From the NCBI GenBank assembly GCA_028534125.1, contig CM052816.1, positions 98,830,001 through 98,894,000 on the forward strand: a DNA stretch of 64,000 bases, written 5' to 3'. This DNA is from Lama glama. Its lineage: Eukaryota. The translations under genes were made by a program, and so were the position numbers. The notes beneath the pieces were generated by a model. That model saw only the letters and a program-made list of their open reading frames with translations. It ran no database searches and was not told where the DNA came from. Shown here one piece after another: positions 1 through 11,934 of the stretch; position 1 is the stretch's first letter; the number at the start of each line of letters is the position of its first letter.

Positions 1-1426
1 TAAAACCAGCAGAAACACTCACATAACCCTCCCCAAATGGCGTGCTAGACACACACGGCTTAATTTGTGCAACAGAAAAAAAGAAAAGGGGCTGTAATGA
101 AAAAATAAGAAAGAAAGAGAGAAAACCAGGACAGCAAGAGCCAGCGCTCCTGGGGCCTGGGTGGACTGGCAGGACGGAGCCACCCTGGTGTGAGGTCCAG
201 AGGCGGGCATAAGTGGGGGGGGTCACATGCGTGTCATCAGGTGACACGGGGAAGGGTATGTACAGGTACACTGAGGTACTTTCTGCCAATGTTTTCATTT
301 TTTTGTGTTTGTTAACATCTATAAACACTCGCTATATGGCATATACATATAATTTTCTTATTACAAATATGTAAACTAGATCTTATATTGCAAATGTATA
401 ATATATAAAGTATTATGTGAACATAAAGTGTATTTATACACATATAAAAATATTTTTATAAATGCATGCACTTGTATAAATCTATAGTTCTGTTTATACA
501 CACACTTATATAGTTACATGTTTTTAAATAATACTATGCTGATAAAAGCTTTGCTTCCCTTACAAAAATTGGTATTTGCCCTAATGTCTGTTAACATGGG
601 CTGATTATGTCTTCCTTCCTGCGTTGGTGTCTAGAAAGGTCTTAGCCCTTTTGCAAGACGGCTCTTTAGGGTCTGCCCGTTGTGTGGTTTTCCTCGGTCT
701 TCCTCCGTTTGTTTTTCCCCTCTAGCTGACTTTTTATAAAAATAATTCCACTAATTATTTTCTTGTGATAATCTGTTACAAACACTTAAGGTGAGGTGGT
801 TTTGTTTGCTATTTTTTCCCAAGAGTACGGAATTGCAATGGGTCATAATTCTTAGGCTTCCTTTGCTGAATCGCAGAAACGTGAACGTGTTCAGTGAGAC
901 CTGGACACAGTTGTCCATTTCCCCTCACTTCCTGCCGGCATTCGAGGATTTTGAAAATGAGGAAGCACAAGCTTTGTGTCTTCTTTAGAAGAATCAGCAG
1001 ACGACTGCACGTGAGTGTGTCTGTGTGAGAGCGCACACCACCCTCCCCTGGGTCTGGTTAAGTACACGTCTGTCTCATGCATGAATGTGTCCTCCCTTCT
1101 CAATGAGAGAAGCTATCCCTCTCGGGGCCAAAGGAACAATGATGTTCCTGAAATGGACGTGGGCAGGTCTCCCATGAGGAATGAAAATATCCAACCACTG
1201 TCTATTCCAGGTCCTGCCGTCCAGTCCCAGAAACGTGTGTTCAGAAGGGAAGAGAAGGAATCATGGAGGAGTCCAGGTGGACCCAGCAGCTCAGCTCTCG
1301 TGTCCACGCAGCTGGGCCCTGGGTCGACTTTCAGAGATAAGGCATCTTCAAAGAGATGAGCTGTCTGGCTGCAAACCTGGGAGTTCTACTAACTACCTAC
1401 TTTCTAAGCAAAGACTGTCCCTCATC

Positions 1427-2853
1427 TTTTTTTTTTTTTTAGTTGTTTAAATGTTGGTTTACAACATATTAATTTCTGGTGTATAATATAGTGATTCAGT
1501 TTTATATATATATATTCCTTTTCATATTCTTTTTCATTATAGGCCATTACAAGATATTGAATATAGTTCCCTGTGCTAGGCAGTAGGACCTTGTTGTTTG
1601 TCCATTTTTATATAGTAGTTTGTATCTGCAAATCCCAAACTCCCAATTTATCCCTCCACTCTCCCCTTCCCCACTGGTAACCATAGGTTTATTTTCTATG
1701 TCTGTGAGTCTGTTTCTGTTTTGTAAATTTGTGTCATTTTTTTGGTTTAGATTCCATATATAAGTGATAGCATATGCACTTTTCTTTCTCTTTGTGACTT
1801 ACTTCACCTAGTATGACTATCTCTAGGTCCAGGCCAATATCTTTGATGAACACAGATGCAAACATTTTTAACCGAAATATTCAAAAACCAAATACAACAA
1901 CATAAAAATGATTATATTCTACAGTCAAGCTGAATTCACCCCAGGGACACAAGTATGGTTCAACATATGCATATCAATGTGATACATCACATCAACAAAA
2001 GAAGAGACAAAAATCACACGATCATCTCAATAGATGCAGAAAAAGCATTTGATAAAATTCAACACCTGTTTATGATAAAACCTCTTACCAAAATGGGTAT
2101 AGAGGGAACATACCTCAACATAATAAAAAGCTGTTTATGTCAAATCCACAACCAACGTAATACTCAGCAGTGAAAAGTTAAAAGCCTTCCTGTTAAAATC
2201 TGGAACAAGACAAGGATGCCCACTCTCACCACTTCTATTCAACATCGAGTTGGAAGTCCTAGCCACAGGAATCAGACAAGAAAAGAAATAAAAGGGATCC
2301 AAATTGAAAGAGAAGAGGTAAAACTGTCATTATATGCAGATGACACGATACTATATATAGAAAACCCTAAGGGCTCCACACAAAAACTACTAGAGCTGAC
2401 AAAAGAATTCGGCAAGGTAGCAGGTTACAAGATTAACATACAGTCATCAGTTGCATTTCTTTACACTAACAATGAAATATCAGAAGAGGAAAGTAAAAAA
2501 AAAAGTCCTTTTTAAAATTGCATCAAAAAAATAAAATCCTTAGGAATAAACCTGACCAAGGAGGTGAAAGACTTATATGAAGAGAACTATAAAACATTTA
2601 TTAAGGAAATTAAAGATAACTTAAAGAAATGGAAAGACATCCCATGCTCTTGGATTGGAAGAATCAGTTTTGTTAAAATGGCCATACTGCCGAAAGCAAT
2701 CTACAGATTTAATGTGATCCCTATCAAATTACTTAGGACATTTTTCACCAAACTAGAACAAATGATCTTAAAATTTATTATATGATATATAGAATCACAA
2801 AAGACCCAGAATTGTCAAAGCAATACTGAAGAAAAATAATGAAGCAGGAGAAA
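1427..2853 (-). mobile_element. 5'-inverted, truncated LINE-1 (cetartiodactyl type): 3' end on minus (1427-1831) joined to an ORF2 RT segment on plus (1832-2853)
   Basis: ORF2 peptides [21 protein letters not shown] and [12 protein letters not shown] on plus; L1 3'UTR with poly(T) on the left; candidate TSD tgtccct(ca/tt)tcttt at 1416 and 2854. Confidence 0.9.
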
Positions 2854-3149
2854 TGTCCCTTTTCTTTTTTTTTTTTTTTTCAGTATTTGAACCAAGTAAT
2901 TTTGTTAAGCACCTACCAATAAAAACAAAAGCAACAGCTATGACTGCCACAGACTTACTTTTCCTCCACTTTTGCATCCGTGGTTCTTGGGATTAGTGGA
3001 CGAAGGCTACGTCTAGGGTCCAGAATGCGCCGGCTTTACTCTCATTTCTGCCACTAACTATATAGTGCCTCTGGGTCTAAGTTACTGCAGCTGTGATGTG
3101 ACTTGGAGTCGCTAGCACAGCACGGACACCCCTCTCTTTACTCACCCTC

Positions 3150-3380
3150 ACGTCCCTTTCCTCCAGGGCACACAGATGGACAGTGTTGCTTATCCCCACC
3201 CCTTGCGCTGAGGGCCACTGGCTGAGTTCCCACTTCCAGGAGCACGGCCCCTGTCCTGCACCCCCTCCAGAGCTCCCTCTTTTCTCAGCCACCAGCTGGC
3301 TGCAGCGAGGAACTGAGTCCTTGAGGAGGAAAGAGCCACAGGATGGAAGGAACCTGGGTCTCTGAGTGACGGCATGAGTG
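3150..3380. mobile_element. MaLR LTR fragment (MLT1-like)
   Basis: gagccacaggatggaaggaacctgggtctctgagtgac resembles a recurrent MLT1 motif; boundaries approximate. Confidence 0.55.
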
Positions 3381-4112
3381 ACCACATGGGGCCAAGAGCT
3401 CACTGCCCTGTGATGGCGCGTCACGTGAGTTTCGAACAAAATTGCAGTTTCCAGTTTAAGCCAAACTTCAAAGCCATTGACATTTGGGGGATAATCCACT
3501 TTACTAGCAGATCCAAAATGTTTCTTAAAGTCCCTTATTTCTCTAAAAGTTTAAAACTTACTTTTTCAGGGGATCAAACCCAATCTCCCCAGTGGTCTAC
3601 ACCCTAAGTGAATTAGAACTATAATAAAAGCTTCTAAAAATAATTCTTAAAATCATAGGATTTTAGACCCAGGTGAAGGTTTATATACTCATTTTTTTTT
3701 CTTCCTAATAAGAAATGTATTTTGCAAGAAAAAATAATTCATAGTATGTCAATCATATCTCAATTGACTGCAAGAAAAAAATTTAAAAACATTAAAAAAT
3801 TAAAAAAAATTATGGACTGAAAAATGTCTAGTTATAGAGAATTTTTTTTAAAAAGCTTAAATTTTAGTGACAAATACTTTGCTTTGGTAAGTATCTCATG
3901 GGCTTCTTTTGAGGTTAAAGGTCAAATGATGTTGGATTAAGACTGAAGAAACTCGGTAAACTCTTTGGTCAAATGAATGTCTCGAGATGCCTTAAATGGG
4001 GACCTTCCGGGGAAGTTGCCCCTGGGGCTGGAGCTGCTCAGACAGGGTTAGGCCAACCACGCAGAGCATCAAAGGCACCGAGAGACACACAGCCAGCTTC
4101 AGGGGCTCCTAC

Positions 4113-4250
4113 CTTAAAAATTTGTGCAGGTACTGGCGGCTGCAGGGTGACCAGGAGAAGACCCCGTTGCGTCCTGCCAACGTGGGGGACATTATGTTGC
4201 CCTCTGACTTTTTGCACACGTTCCCTTCTCCATCGTGGACCATGCCAAAG
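4113..4250 (-). CDS. ADAMTS16: ADAMTS16 exon 9 (NFGMVHDGEGNVCKKSEGNIMSPTLAGRNGVFSWSPCSRQYLHKFL), third zinc His and Met-turn
   Basis: Not in the ORF track; read by hand. Acceptor tctcctag|C, donor AG|gtagga; 138 nt, phase 2 to 2. Confidence 0.96.
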
Positions 4251-4469
4251 CTAGGAGAGACACAAATGGTTCTTTCAAAACAAGGAAGAGTTTCAGCTGT
4301 CTGACACGCTCTGACAAACTCAAATCAACACCGTGAAGACGCCCCTTCTTCTGCCTGCGGGTGCAGCAGAAGAAAGAGCGCTAACAGCCAAGCGGTGCAG
4401 AAAGCCGCGTCCTAGACCTTTCCTGAGGAGCCACCCTGGGGGAGCTGTTTGGAAACACACACCAACGCC

Positions 4470-5080
4470 GAGCGGGGCCCACGCCCAGGCGGCCGCGAAG
4501 GGCAGGTGTTCTCAGCATAAAAACGCACGCTGCGGGCCGCAGGGGGCAGTCCGCCTGTCTTCGCGCCGCACTTCCGCTCAGCAGTGCGGCCACGACTTGC
4601 AGGCGGTGGCCAGAACCCCAGACGCAGGCTCCGCAGGTCAGTCTGACGCTCCCCCAGCGTGAGGCCCGCCCGGCAGCGGCAGCCGCTCCCGGGGCGCCGA
4701 CGCCGCGCGCCTGCCCGGGCCTGGCCGCACCCCCCCGCCACCGGGCTGCGCGCGCCCCGGGCCGCCCTGCCGCGGGGCCTGGCCTGAGCGCCGCGCCCTG
4801 CGGGGACGCGTCTGCGCGGGCGCCCGCGAGCAGCTGCGGCTGCTCTCGCCTGAGGCCGCTGCTCGAGGGCGCGACTCTTGACTGAAGAGCGGCCACTCTG
4901 GCGCTCCAGCCCCGGCTCAGCCCCTGGGGACGCCCACAGTGGCCGTGGGGACCCCCAACAGCGCCCCCGGGCTGCCCACCGGAGAAGCGCAGCCCTGCAG
5001 CTGCGGGAGGCCCGCTGGCCGAGCTGCCGCCTCTCCCCGCGGAGTCGCTTCTCGTCACCTTCCGGAAGCCAGCCCTGTAG
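4470..5080. promoter_or_regulatory. Orphan intronic CpG island in intron 8
   Basis: Dense CpG with an extreme GC core at ~4660-4870; ETS motifs CACTTCCG (4569-4576) and CTTCCGGAAG (5059-5068). Confidence 0.7.
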
Positions 5081-6194
5081 GAGCCCTCCCACTGCCACCG
5101 TCAGCCACTTCAGAGGAGCACAGCTTGCTGCCTTGGGAGGAGAGCCTGGGGGACCTGGGAGCGCCAAGACCCCGAAGACTTCCCATTAGAGCAGATATGT
5201 TCTTGGACAGTCAAGCCATTGCTGGCCATGAATGTCTGGTACCCACCCAACCACTGTATGGATCCCCAGAGAGCAGTTCCCACTGGGTGGGATGCAGAGG
5301 GAAGGGGAGACGCAGGAGAGGGGGAGAGCAGAGGACAGGTGCTCACTGGGTCTGGGGACTTTCTGCCTCCGAGAACGCGGTGATGAGTGGAGGGAAGGCC
5401 GCGGGGATAGAAGACCCCAACACGGGGGAAGTGGGCTCCACAAGGCGGCCGAGGAATCCACACTTGCGGCAAGGAGGGTGGGAACTTCACTGTTTTTTTT
5501 GTTTTTTTGTTTTTTTTTTGAGCTGTTCAATACTGTCAGTAGAAGTATCAGTCCCCACTCGTGAGCACTATTTTTCAGATAGGGTACTAAGCACATTACC
5601 TCTGTTCTCTAACTTAAACCTCACTGCAAGCCTACAAGGTAGACTTAACACAAGGACAGCAAGACTGAGGGCTGGAGACAGGCTCATCCAGGGTCTCAGA
5701 GTCGGGACTGGAACCCCATCCTCTGACATCAGAGCCCAGGCGGACCCAAGCAACAGTGTAACCGGAAACCAAGGAAATCTGGCCATGAACACTGTCAAAT
5801 TTCTGCAAAACCCCTGCTCAGTACCAAGGGTGACATAGCTGGAGCCATTTCGGCCTTCCCCCATTTCTCTGAAGTCCTATGAAACACAATCCGTGTAAGC
5901 CAGGGCACCTATCTGGCAGAGGAAAGATGCCCTGTCAAGGGAGACGATTCAGACTGTAACCACGTGGAGGCTGCCTCCGGGAGAGGAATCAAAACGAGAT
6001 TCCAAAGCCCCCTCCCCCGGCTGCTCCTCGCTCTGGATATAAGGAAGACACGTTGTGGTCCAGCAAGTGCCCTGGATACACCTGCTACCACTTCTGCCTA
6101 CATTTCTAGGGGATTCAAAGCCACAGCTTCCCAGGTCTGGGGATGTCTTGGTCTTAAACATTTTCATGGAAGGTATTTTCAGTGATTCTTTCTA

Positions 6195-6370
6195 CCATTG
6201 ATTCTCAGGCTTTGCTGAGTATCAGGATATCTGAGAAAAGGCAGCACGCATGTGGCTCCCCAAAGCCCACCTGGGTAGATTTTTTATTTAGTAAGTTGGG
6301 AGTTAGGCTCCAGCACTGGGGAGCATTCTAACACAATATAGTGATTCTGATGCCCACCCAAACCTCTGCA
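6195..6370. mobile_element. MER5-like hAT-Charlie MITE
   Basis: Begins ccattgattctcagg; internal ttagtaagttggga...gcattctaac...gtgattctgatgc pattern typical of MER5A. Confidence 0.55.
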
Positions 6371-7254
6371 CTACTGCGCCTCAAGCTGTGTTTGTAAGCC
6401 GTACAAAGCCCACATGCTGTACTGTGGTGGGTGCCTGCACAGTGGCATGAACGGATCACACAGTGACCACATTTGATATTAACATTAACAAAGTCATGGA
6501 AGAATGACTTGGACACATTTTTAAGATAACGTTGGTATTTGGCAACCCAGAAATAAAATTACCATTGAAGTTATACATCCCAGACATTTTTTTGCTTCCA
6601 TGAACCACAGCACTTTATTCAAAACAGTTGTCACCCCAAATGTTAAAACAATAAATAGATTTTTTTCTCTTACCTACTAGCTTATCCATTTCTAGAGAAC
6701 AGAGGCTCAGAGCCCCAGTGCCAGTGGATTCACTCACCCATAGCAGGTACTCCACTGATGTTTGTTGAATGAATGAAAAACAACCTTTCAGCAATGACAC
6801 CAACTCAAATACCCAAAGTGTAAACATAATTTCAGATTATACTGGACTTGAGAATTACATCCAACATCAGGTGCTTTTAATGTCTTCTATAGAATTTTCT
6901 CATGTTATTCAATCACATCAACAAGCATTTCTTCACTACTAATGAAGCACCTTCAGTGATGAACAGCCAAGGATTTTCAGAGCTTGCATCAAACCTTTCA
7001 GGCTGATCAGACAGCAGTGGTTAAAGAAATGAGAAACCCTTCAAAGTAACCATGGACCAAAGTCATCTGGATGCTGAGTCACACCCTGGTCATGAGAATA
7101 GTACCACGTGTAGGACCTACTTGTCTAGAGCCCTGAGGCAGGCTTTCCAAGAAGCAAACTCACCCCCTTGAGAGGCCGGAAGCTGACGGGGGACTCATGG
7201 GGCCAGGGCAGGGCAGATGACCTGGAAAAACATGGGTGTGGAGGTGGGGGGACC

Positions 7255-7400
7255 TCTGCTGGGGTCTTGCCTCTGTCATTTCAAGTGGTGTGATTCGGGG
7301 CAAATTTCTCAAGCCCCTGCAACTCAGTTTCCTCACCTATAATATGGGACAATAAAACCTTCCTCTTAAACTGTTCGGAATACCTGGCACCATGCATGTC
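7255..7400 (+). mobile_element. MIR SINE fragment
   Basis: Core ggggcaaatttctcaagcccctgcaactcagtttcctcacctataatatggg. Confidence 0.65.
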
Positions 7401-9388
7401 AAAAAGGAAAATCCAAAATATCTATCTTTTTCTGTGATTTAAATCTCTCAACATCAAATGGCAGAAATCACTTGGATACATATGTTCTGTGTGTGTGGTG
7501 GGGAGTGTGGGGGTCATTCAGTCAAAGGTCAATGTGTTTCAAATACGTTTTGGACACAAAAACAAACAAAAATCTTAAGAGAAATGACAGTAAATAAAAT
7601 TGGTAAGAAATAACCCTCCGGCCTGCTGGGGCTCTCTCGGAGGGCAGCCTGATGAGCAACAGACCAGGTGATCTTTAAGGAGCCGCTTGCCTGGATATTC
7701 TACAAATCTTTAAAATCACCCAGCACCTCCCTGACCCAGCTAGAGGGGCTCAGGCGGATGACAGAACACAGGCACAAATCGGTGAGGCATACTCATGAGC
7801 ATCAAATGCTTGAAAGGGCACCTGACATCACCAGCCAAGTATCCTTGTGCCAAATGGTATTAGCATGCCAATGCTGCTTCTTCCAGGAAGATCTCCCTGA
7901 TTATCCTTGTGTCTCCTCCAATACCCACAGCCCTCACTGCTTGATCCTTTCTGTGCCGTGTCTATTTTATCTTTCTTTAGACGTTGGAGGGCAAGGATCG
8001 CTATCTTCTTATAGAATCCTACACAATGCTAGGCTGGCAGAATGCAAATTGTGTCTGGTGATTAGGTCAGTAGTTAGGGGAACAGATGGAAGACAAAGTG
8101 ATGGATCATGGGTATCTCTAAGCACAGTAGGTTTCATATCGTCCTGATGGTCTGTTGTGATCAAGCCAATTAAGTATTTAAGCCTATTTTATGCGGAAGG
8201 AATGCTCAGCTCAAATAATACACTGAAGTGACACCTGCACACACCTGTGGAGGCTCTCACAGGCTCTCCTGGTTTTGCAGATAGAAACTCACAGAAAGAT
8301 GAGGCAATGCACCCTCTTCACTGTCACACTGCGGGAAAACCTCAGTGTATCTGGAATCCGAGCCAGGGGCCCTACCCATCAAATGGCGTGACTTCCCTTA
8401 ACAAATGAGAGTTTTTGAAACGGACTCACGCCCAAATGACATGATCTCCAAAATATGTCATTGAGTCCTCACTATGTGGGTACCAATTCTTCAACACCTG
8501 CATCTAGGAAACCACACGTCCTGTTACAAGGGATGTAACACAAGCAGGAAGCTCACCCTGCACCAGTCCTGGCTCTGCCCTGCACACTAAAGGAGACACA
8601 CATCCTCGCTTCTGGTTCAGTCTCTCTTCTCCCTTTTCCAACACACATCCAACCACTGGTCCTTAGCAATTTCTATTGTTTAGGTCAGATTCCCCAGTAG
8701 AAACCACAAGATGTCTTGAGATGAAAACAACAGAACTTAGCAGAAGAAGCCGGCTGGACATTAACTGAATCTTTGAGTTAAAAGTTAGGAAGCCTATGTC
8801 TGAAAGGCTCGGAGAAGCTCTCCTCCACCCTGAATAATGCCCTCTGAATGTAAAAAAAAAGAAGTAAAATTCATCTGTACAACAGGATATTTCATAAAGA
8901 CTTAGGTAAAATGACTTCTTCATTCTTAAGGCACAGAATGACTCTGCTTGGTGCTTGTTGCCAAGGACAAGATTAAGGTGTGCTGTTTGATCCGAGCATC
9001 AGACAGTTCCTCCTCTGAGGAACAGTCGTTACTAAATAACCGAACTGACTAGATGTGCTCGTTTTCGTTTTCGACTAGAGATGCGCGGGGTGTGGTTCCC
9101 GAGTCCGCCCTCTCATTACGCAGGAGCCGCAGAAAACACGTGCCAGAATCACGCCCCCTTCACCGGCCGCCTGCTCGCCCCGGCCTCCCGGCGCCCACCC
9201 CGCGCGCTCGCTCGACACTCGGCTCCGTCTACCCGCCAGGCTAGTGGGGGGAGGAGAAGAGGTTGTCCCCAGGGGTTTCCACGCTTTGAGCGCCATGTGA
9301 ACTTGCCCCACAAAGAGCAGGTGTCACCCTTACTTTGTCAACGTTATCACTGCCATTACGATCCCTTGTTCTGGCAGTTAGCACGTGC

Positions 9389-9582
9389 CTTTTTTGCTTT
9401 TACTGAAGTATAGTCAGTTTACAACGTGTGTCAGTTTCTGGTGCAAGCACAATGTTTCAGTCACGCATGCACATACAGAAATTCATTTTCATGTTCTTTT
9501 TCACTGTAGGTTATTATGGGATATTGAATATAGTTCCCTGTGCTCTGCAGTAGAAACTTGTTGTTGATCTATTTTATATAGA
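9389..9582 (-). mobile_element. Short L1 3'-end fragment
   Basis: T-rich tail then gaagtatagtcagtttacaa...atattgaatatagttccctgtgct; homologous to 1440-1620. Confidence 0.85.
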
Positions 9583-10387
9583 ATGATTAGTAATTTGCAC
9601 ATCTCTTACATACATTTCCTGTTTCCTCAATACGATCAGAAGCTATTTCATTGGCGACGTCAAATGTTTAGAGCTCCCAGTCCCTCCAGTTCTTGCACAA
9701 CGTTCTCTAAACATCAGCATCACAAGAAGCAGTTTAAGACTTTCTGGTTAATTCTATGAGGGCAGGACCCTCCTTCATCCAGATCTCAAGCTCCTTTCCT
9801 TCCTCCCATTTATGTTCCCACTTGAAAGTAAAAACACTTTTCTCTTATTTAGAAGAAATTGTTTTGTCATCCAGACCCAGCTCTAGGGATGAGAGGAAAT
9901 ATGAATAGTTGACGATTAAGAAAAAAATAAAAGCAAACGCTGATACTTGCTGACATGAAGACTGAGAGCCTAGTTTTGAATGTATCAAATTTAATTTGGT
10001 CAAATTCATCCCCTGCGCCTGCCGGTGCCGCCACTGCCCACATCGCAACTGATTGTCGGATGCTGGCTTGCTCAGCCCTCGGTCACTTAAATATTTCTTA
10101 CCTTGATTGTTTAATTAAATTCAGGTATGGTTCAGAGGACAGCAAGAGCCCCGTGTCGTTAAAATAATGAGAGTTTTTGAAGTTTTAACTCTAGCAGCCT
10201 ATTAAGAATACAATTATGATGGAACTGAAAGCTTTATAAAGTGTAGGTGCAATTTTCTAGGCACTGAAAAAGTCAATCATTACCTGCAGTGATGAAGGGA
10301 CTGGTCACAAGACAGAAAGCTTCACTTTCAGGTCAGCAGTTCACACACACAGTCTGCAGGACCTCTGAGACTCCAGTGAGGCCAGGG

Positions 10388-10677
10388 CACACTGTACACA
10401 CACACACACACACACACACACTGAACACATGCACACGCTGTACACACACATGCACACACACTGCACACACACACTGTACACACACACACACTATACACAC
10501 ATGCACTGTATACACACACACGTGCACACACACTGCACACACACTTTATGCATACACACGCTCACACTGCACACACACGCATACACATACTGTATACACA
10601 CACATTGTACACACACACTGTATACACACGCACACATGCATGTGCACACACACACACACACACACACTGCACACACA
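10388..10677. repeat. Compound (CA)n / (TG)n tandem repeat, ~290 bp
   Basis: CA runs punctuated by ctgt/ctgc/catg; source of several spurious His/Thr/Cys/Val ORFs. Confidence 0.95.
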
Positions 10678-11165
10678 GATGCTTTGAACAGGCTGGTGGT
10701 ATGAGTGACCGCAGTCACATTTCTATGGGATGGAGAAGGGGGCTTTGCAAAAACCAACTCACATATCCTGAATTTTGTAAGTTCTGTGATTTGCAAATAA
10801 AATGAGGATGAAAGCAAAAATGGAAAAACTGTCATTCCTGGCTGTGAAGTTTCGAGGAGAAACCTGGACACGTTGCCATCCAGCAGAACACCTGCATCTC
10901 CACCGCTGGGCTCACACTCCCCAGGGCGATGGCAGGAGTCGGCCGGAGGGCCAAATGGGTCAGAAAGAAACCTTTTAGAAATAGGAGGTCCCTCAAGGCG
11001 AGACGGCGTGTGGACCACCAGACAAAGGAACCTCCTGCAAGAACAGCAGCGACCACGGACCCGGCAGGGGCGCGTCCTCCTTGGGAGGGAGGTAAGCGTC
11101 TCGCTCACAGAGGCACTGCTCGCCCTCCGGCACATGCCGGTGCTGCCTCCTGTGTGCAGAGGAGA

Positions 11166-11339
11166 GAAGCAACAGGTCCTACTGCACAGCACGGGGGGCT
11201 ATATTCAGTGTCTCGTAGTCACCTGCAGTGGAAGAGAATCTGAAAACGAGTATACGTACGTTCGTGTATGACTGAAGCACTGTGAGCACACCAGGAGCTG
11301 ACACAGCATTGTAAACTGACTGCACTTCAATAAAAAAAA
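11166..11339 (+). mobile_element. Short L1 3'-end fragment, GC-shifted
   Basis: caacaggtcctactgcacagcac...cattgtaaactgactgcacttcaataaaaaaaa; same family as the 9389 and 39950 copies. Confidence 0.85.
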
Positions 11340-11934
11340 GGCCCTGCTAATGACAAGCCATCGGCTGCCGAGAGCTTCGTGTCCCGCACCAGCGTCCGTC
11401 AGTGCCCAGGCCCTGGGCTCCCCACTCACCCCAACGCTGCCCCATTTCAAACGGACCACACGGGGATGCTGGCAGCAAACCAGCTCCTACCAGGCCCTCA
11501 GTCTTGTTCCTGCATGTCCCAAACCCTGCACACCCATCAAAACCCACCTCCACAAAGTATGAGAGGCTTTGAGAACAATCTGGGGAGAAACACGTTACCA
11601 GGGGAGGGCTCGTCACCATCCTCAGTCACATGGGGTCCCCCTGCAGGAGAAAGCTAACCCCACAGGACCAAGTTTAAAACACAGGACCAAGGAGCAGAGA
11701 CGGGCAGAGCAGGCTGTGCCAGCAGGAAGGAAGGAGAGGCCGGCACAGTGCGGACACGTGCACGGCCCCTCGGAACGGAGCAAGTACCCAGGTGAGCACT
11801 TCTAGCTGCCCCCAACCTCCTGCTGCATCCGGGTGAGCCCCCTACAGACCTGACCGACTGCATCAGCATCTCTACGACCCTCATCTGTTCTGGAAAGGAC
11901 CCCGGGCTCCCCTGTCCCGGGGAGATGCACTTAC

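Noticed and set aside
1955..2785. Active reverse transcriptase gene
   Set aside because: Frameshifted, truncated and inverted L1 ORF2 fragment.
1..4112. ADAMTS16 exon 10
   Set aside because: No TAQAICL-like coding segment seen; this stretch is intron 9 and the exon lies outside the window.
4381..5838. 225-299-aa ORFs over the intronic CpG island
   Set aside because: Low-complexity GC-driven ORFs in several frames, with no recognisable domain or parent gene; not called as CDS or pseudogene.
10289..10805. His/Thr/Cys-rich ORFs resembling metal-binding proteins
   Set aside because: Translations of the (CA)n/(TG)n repeat.
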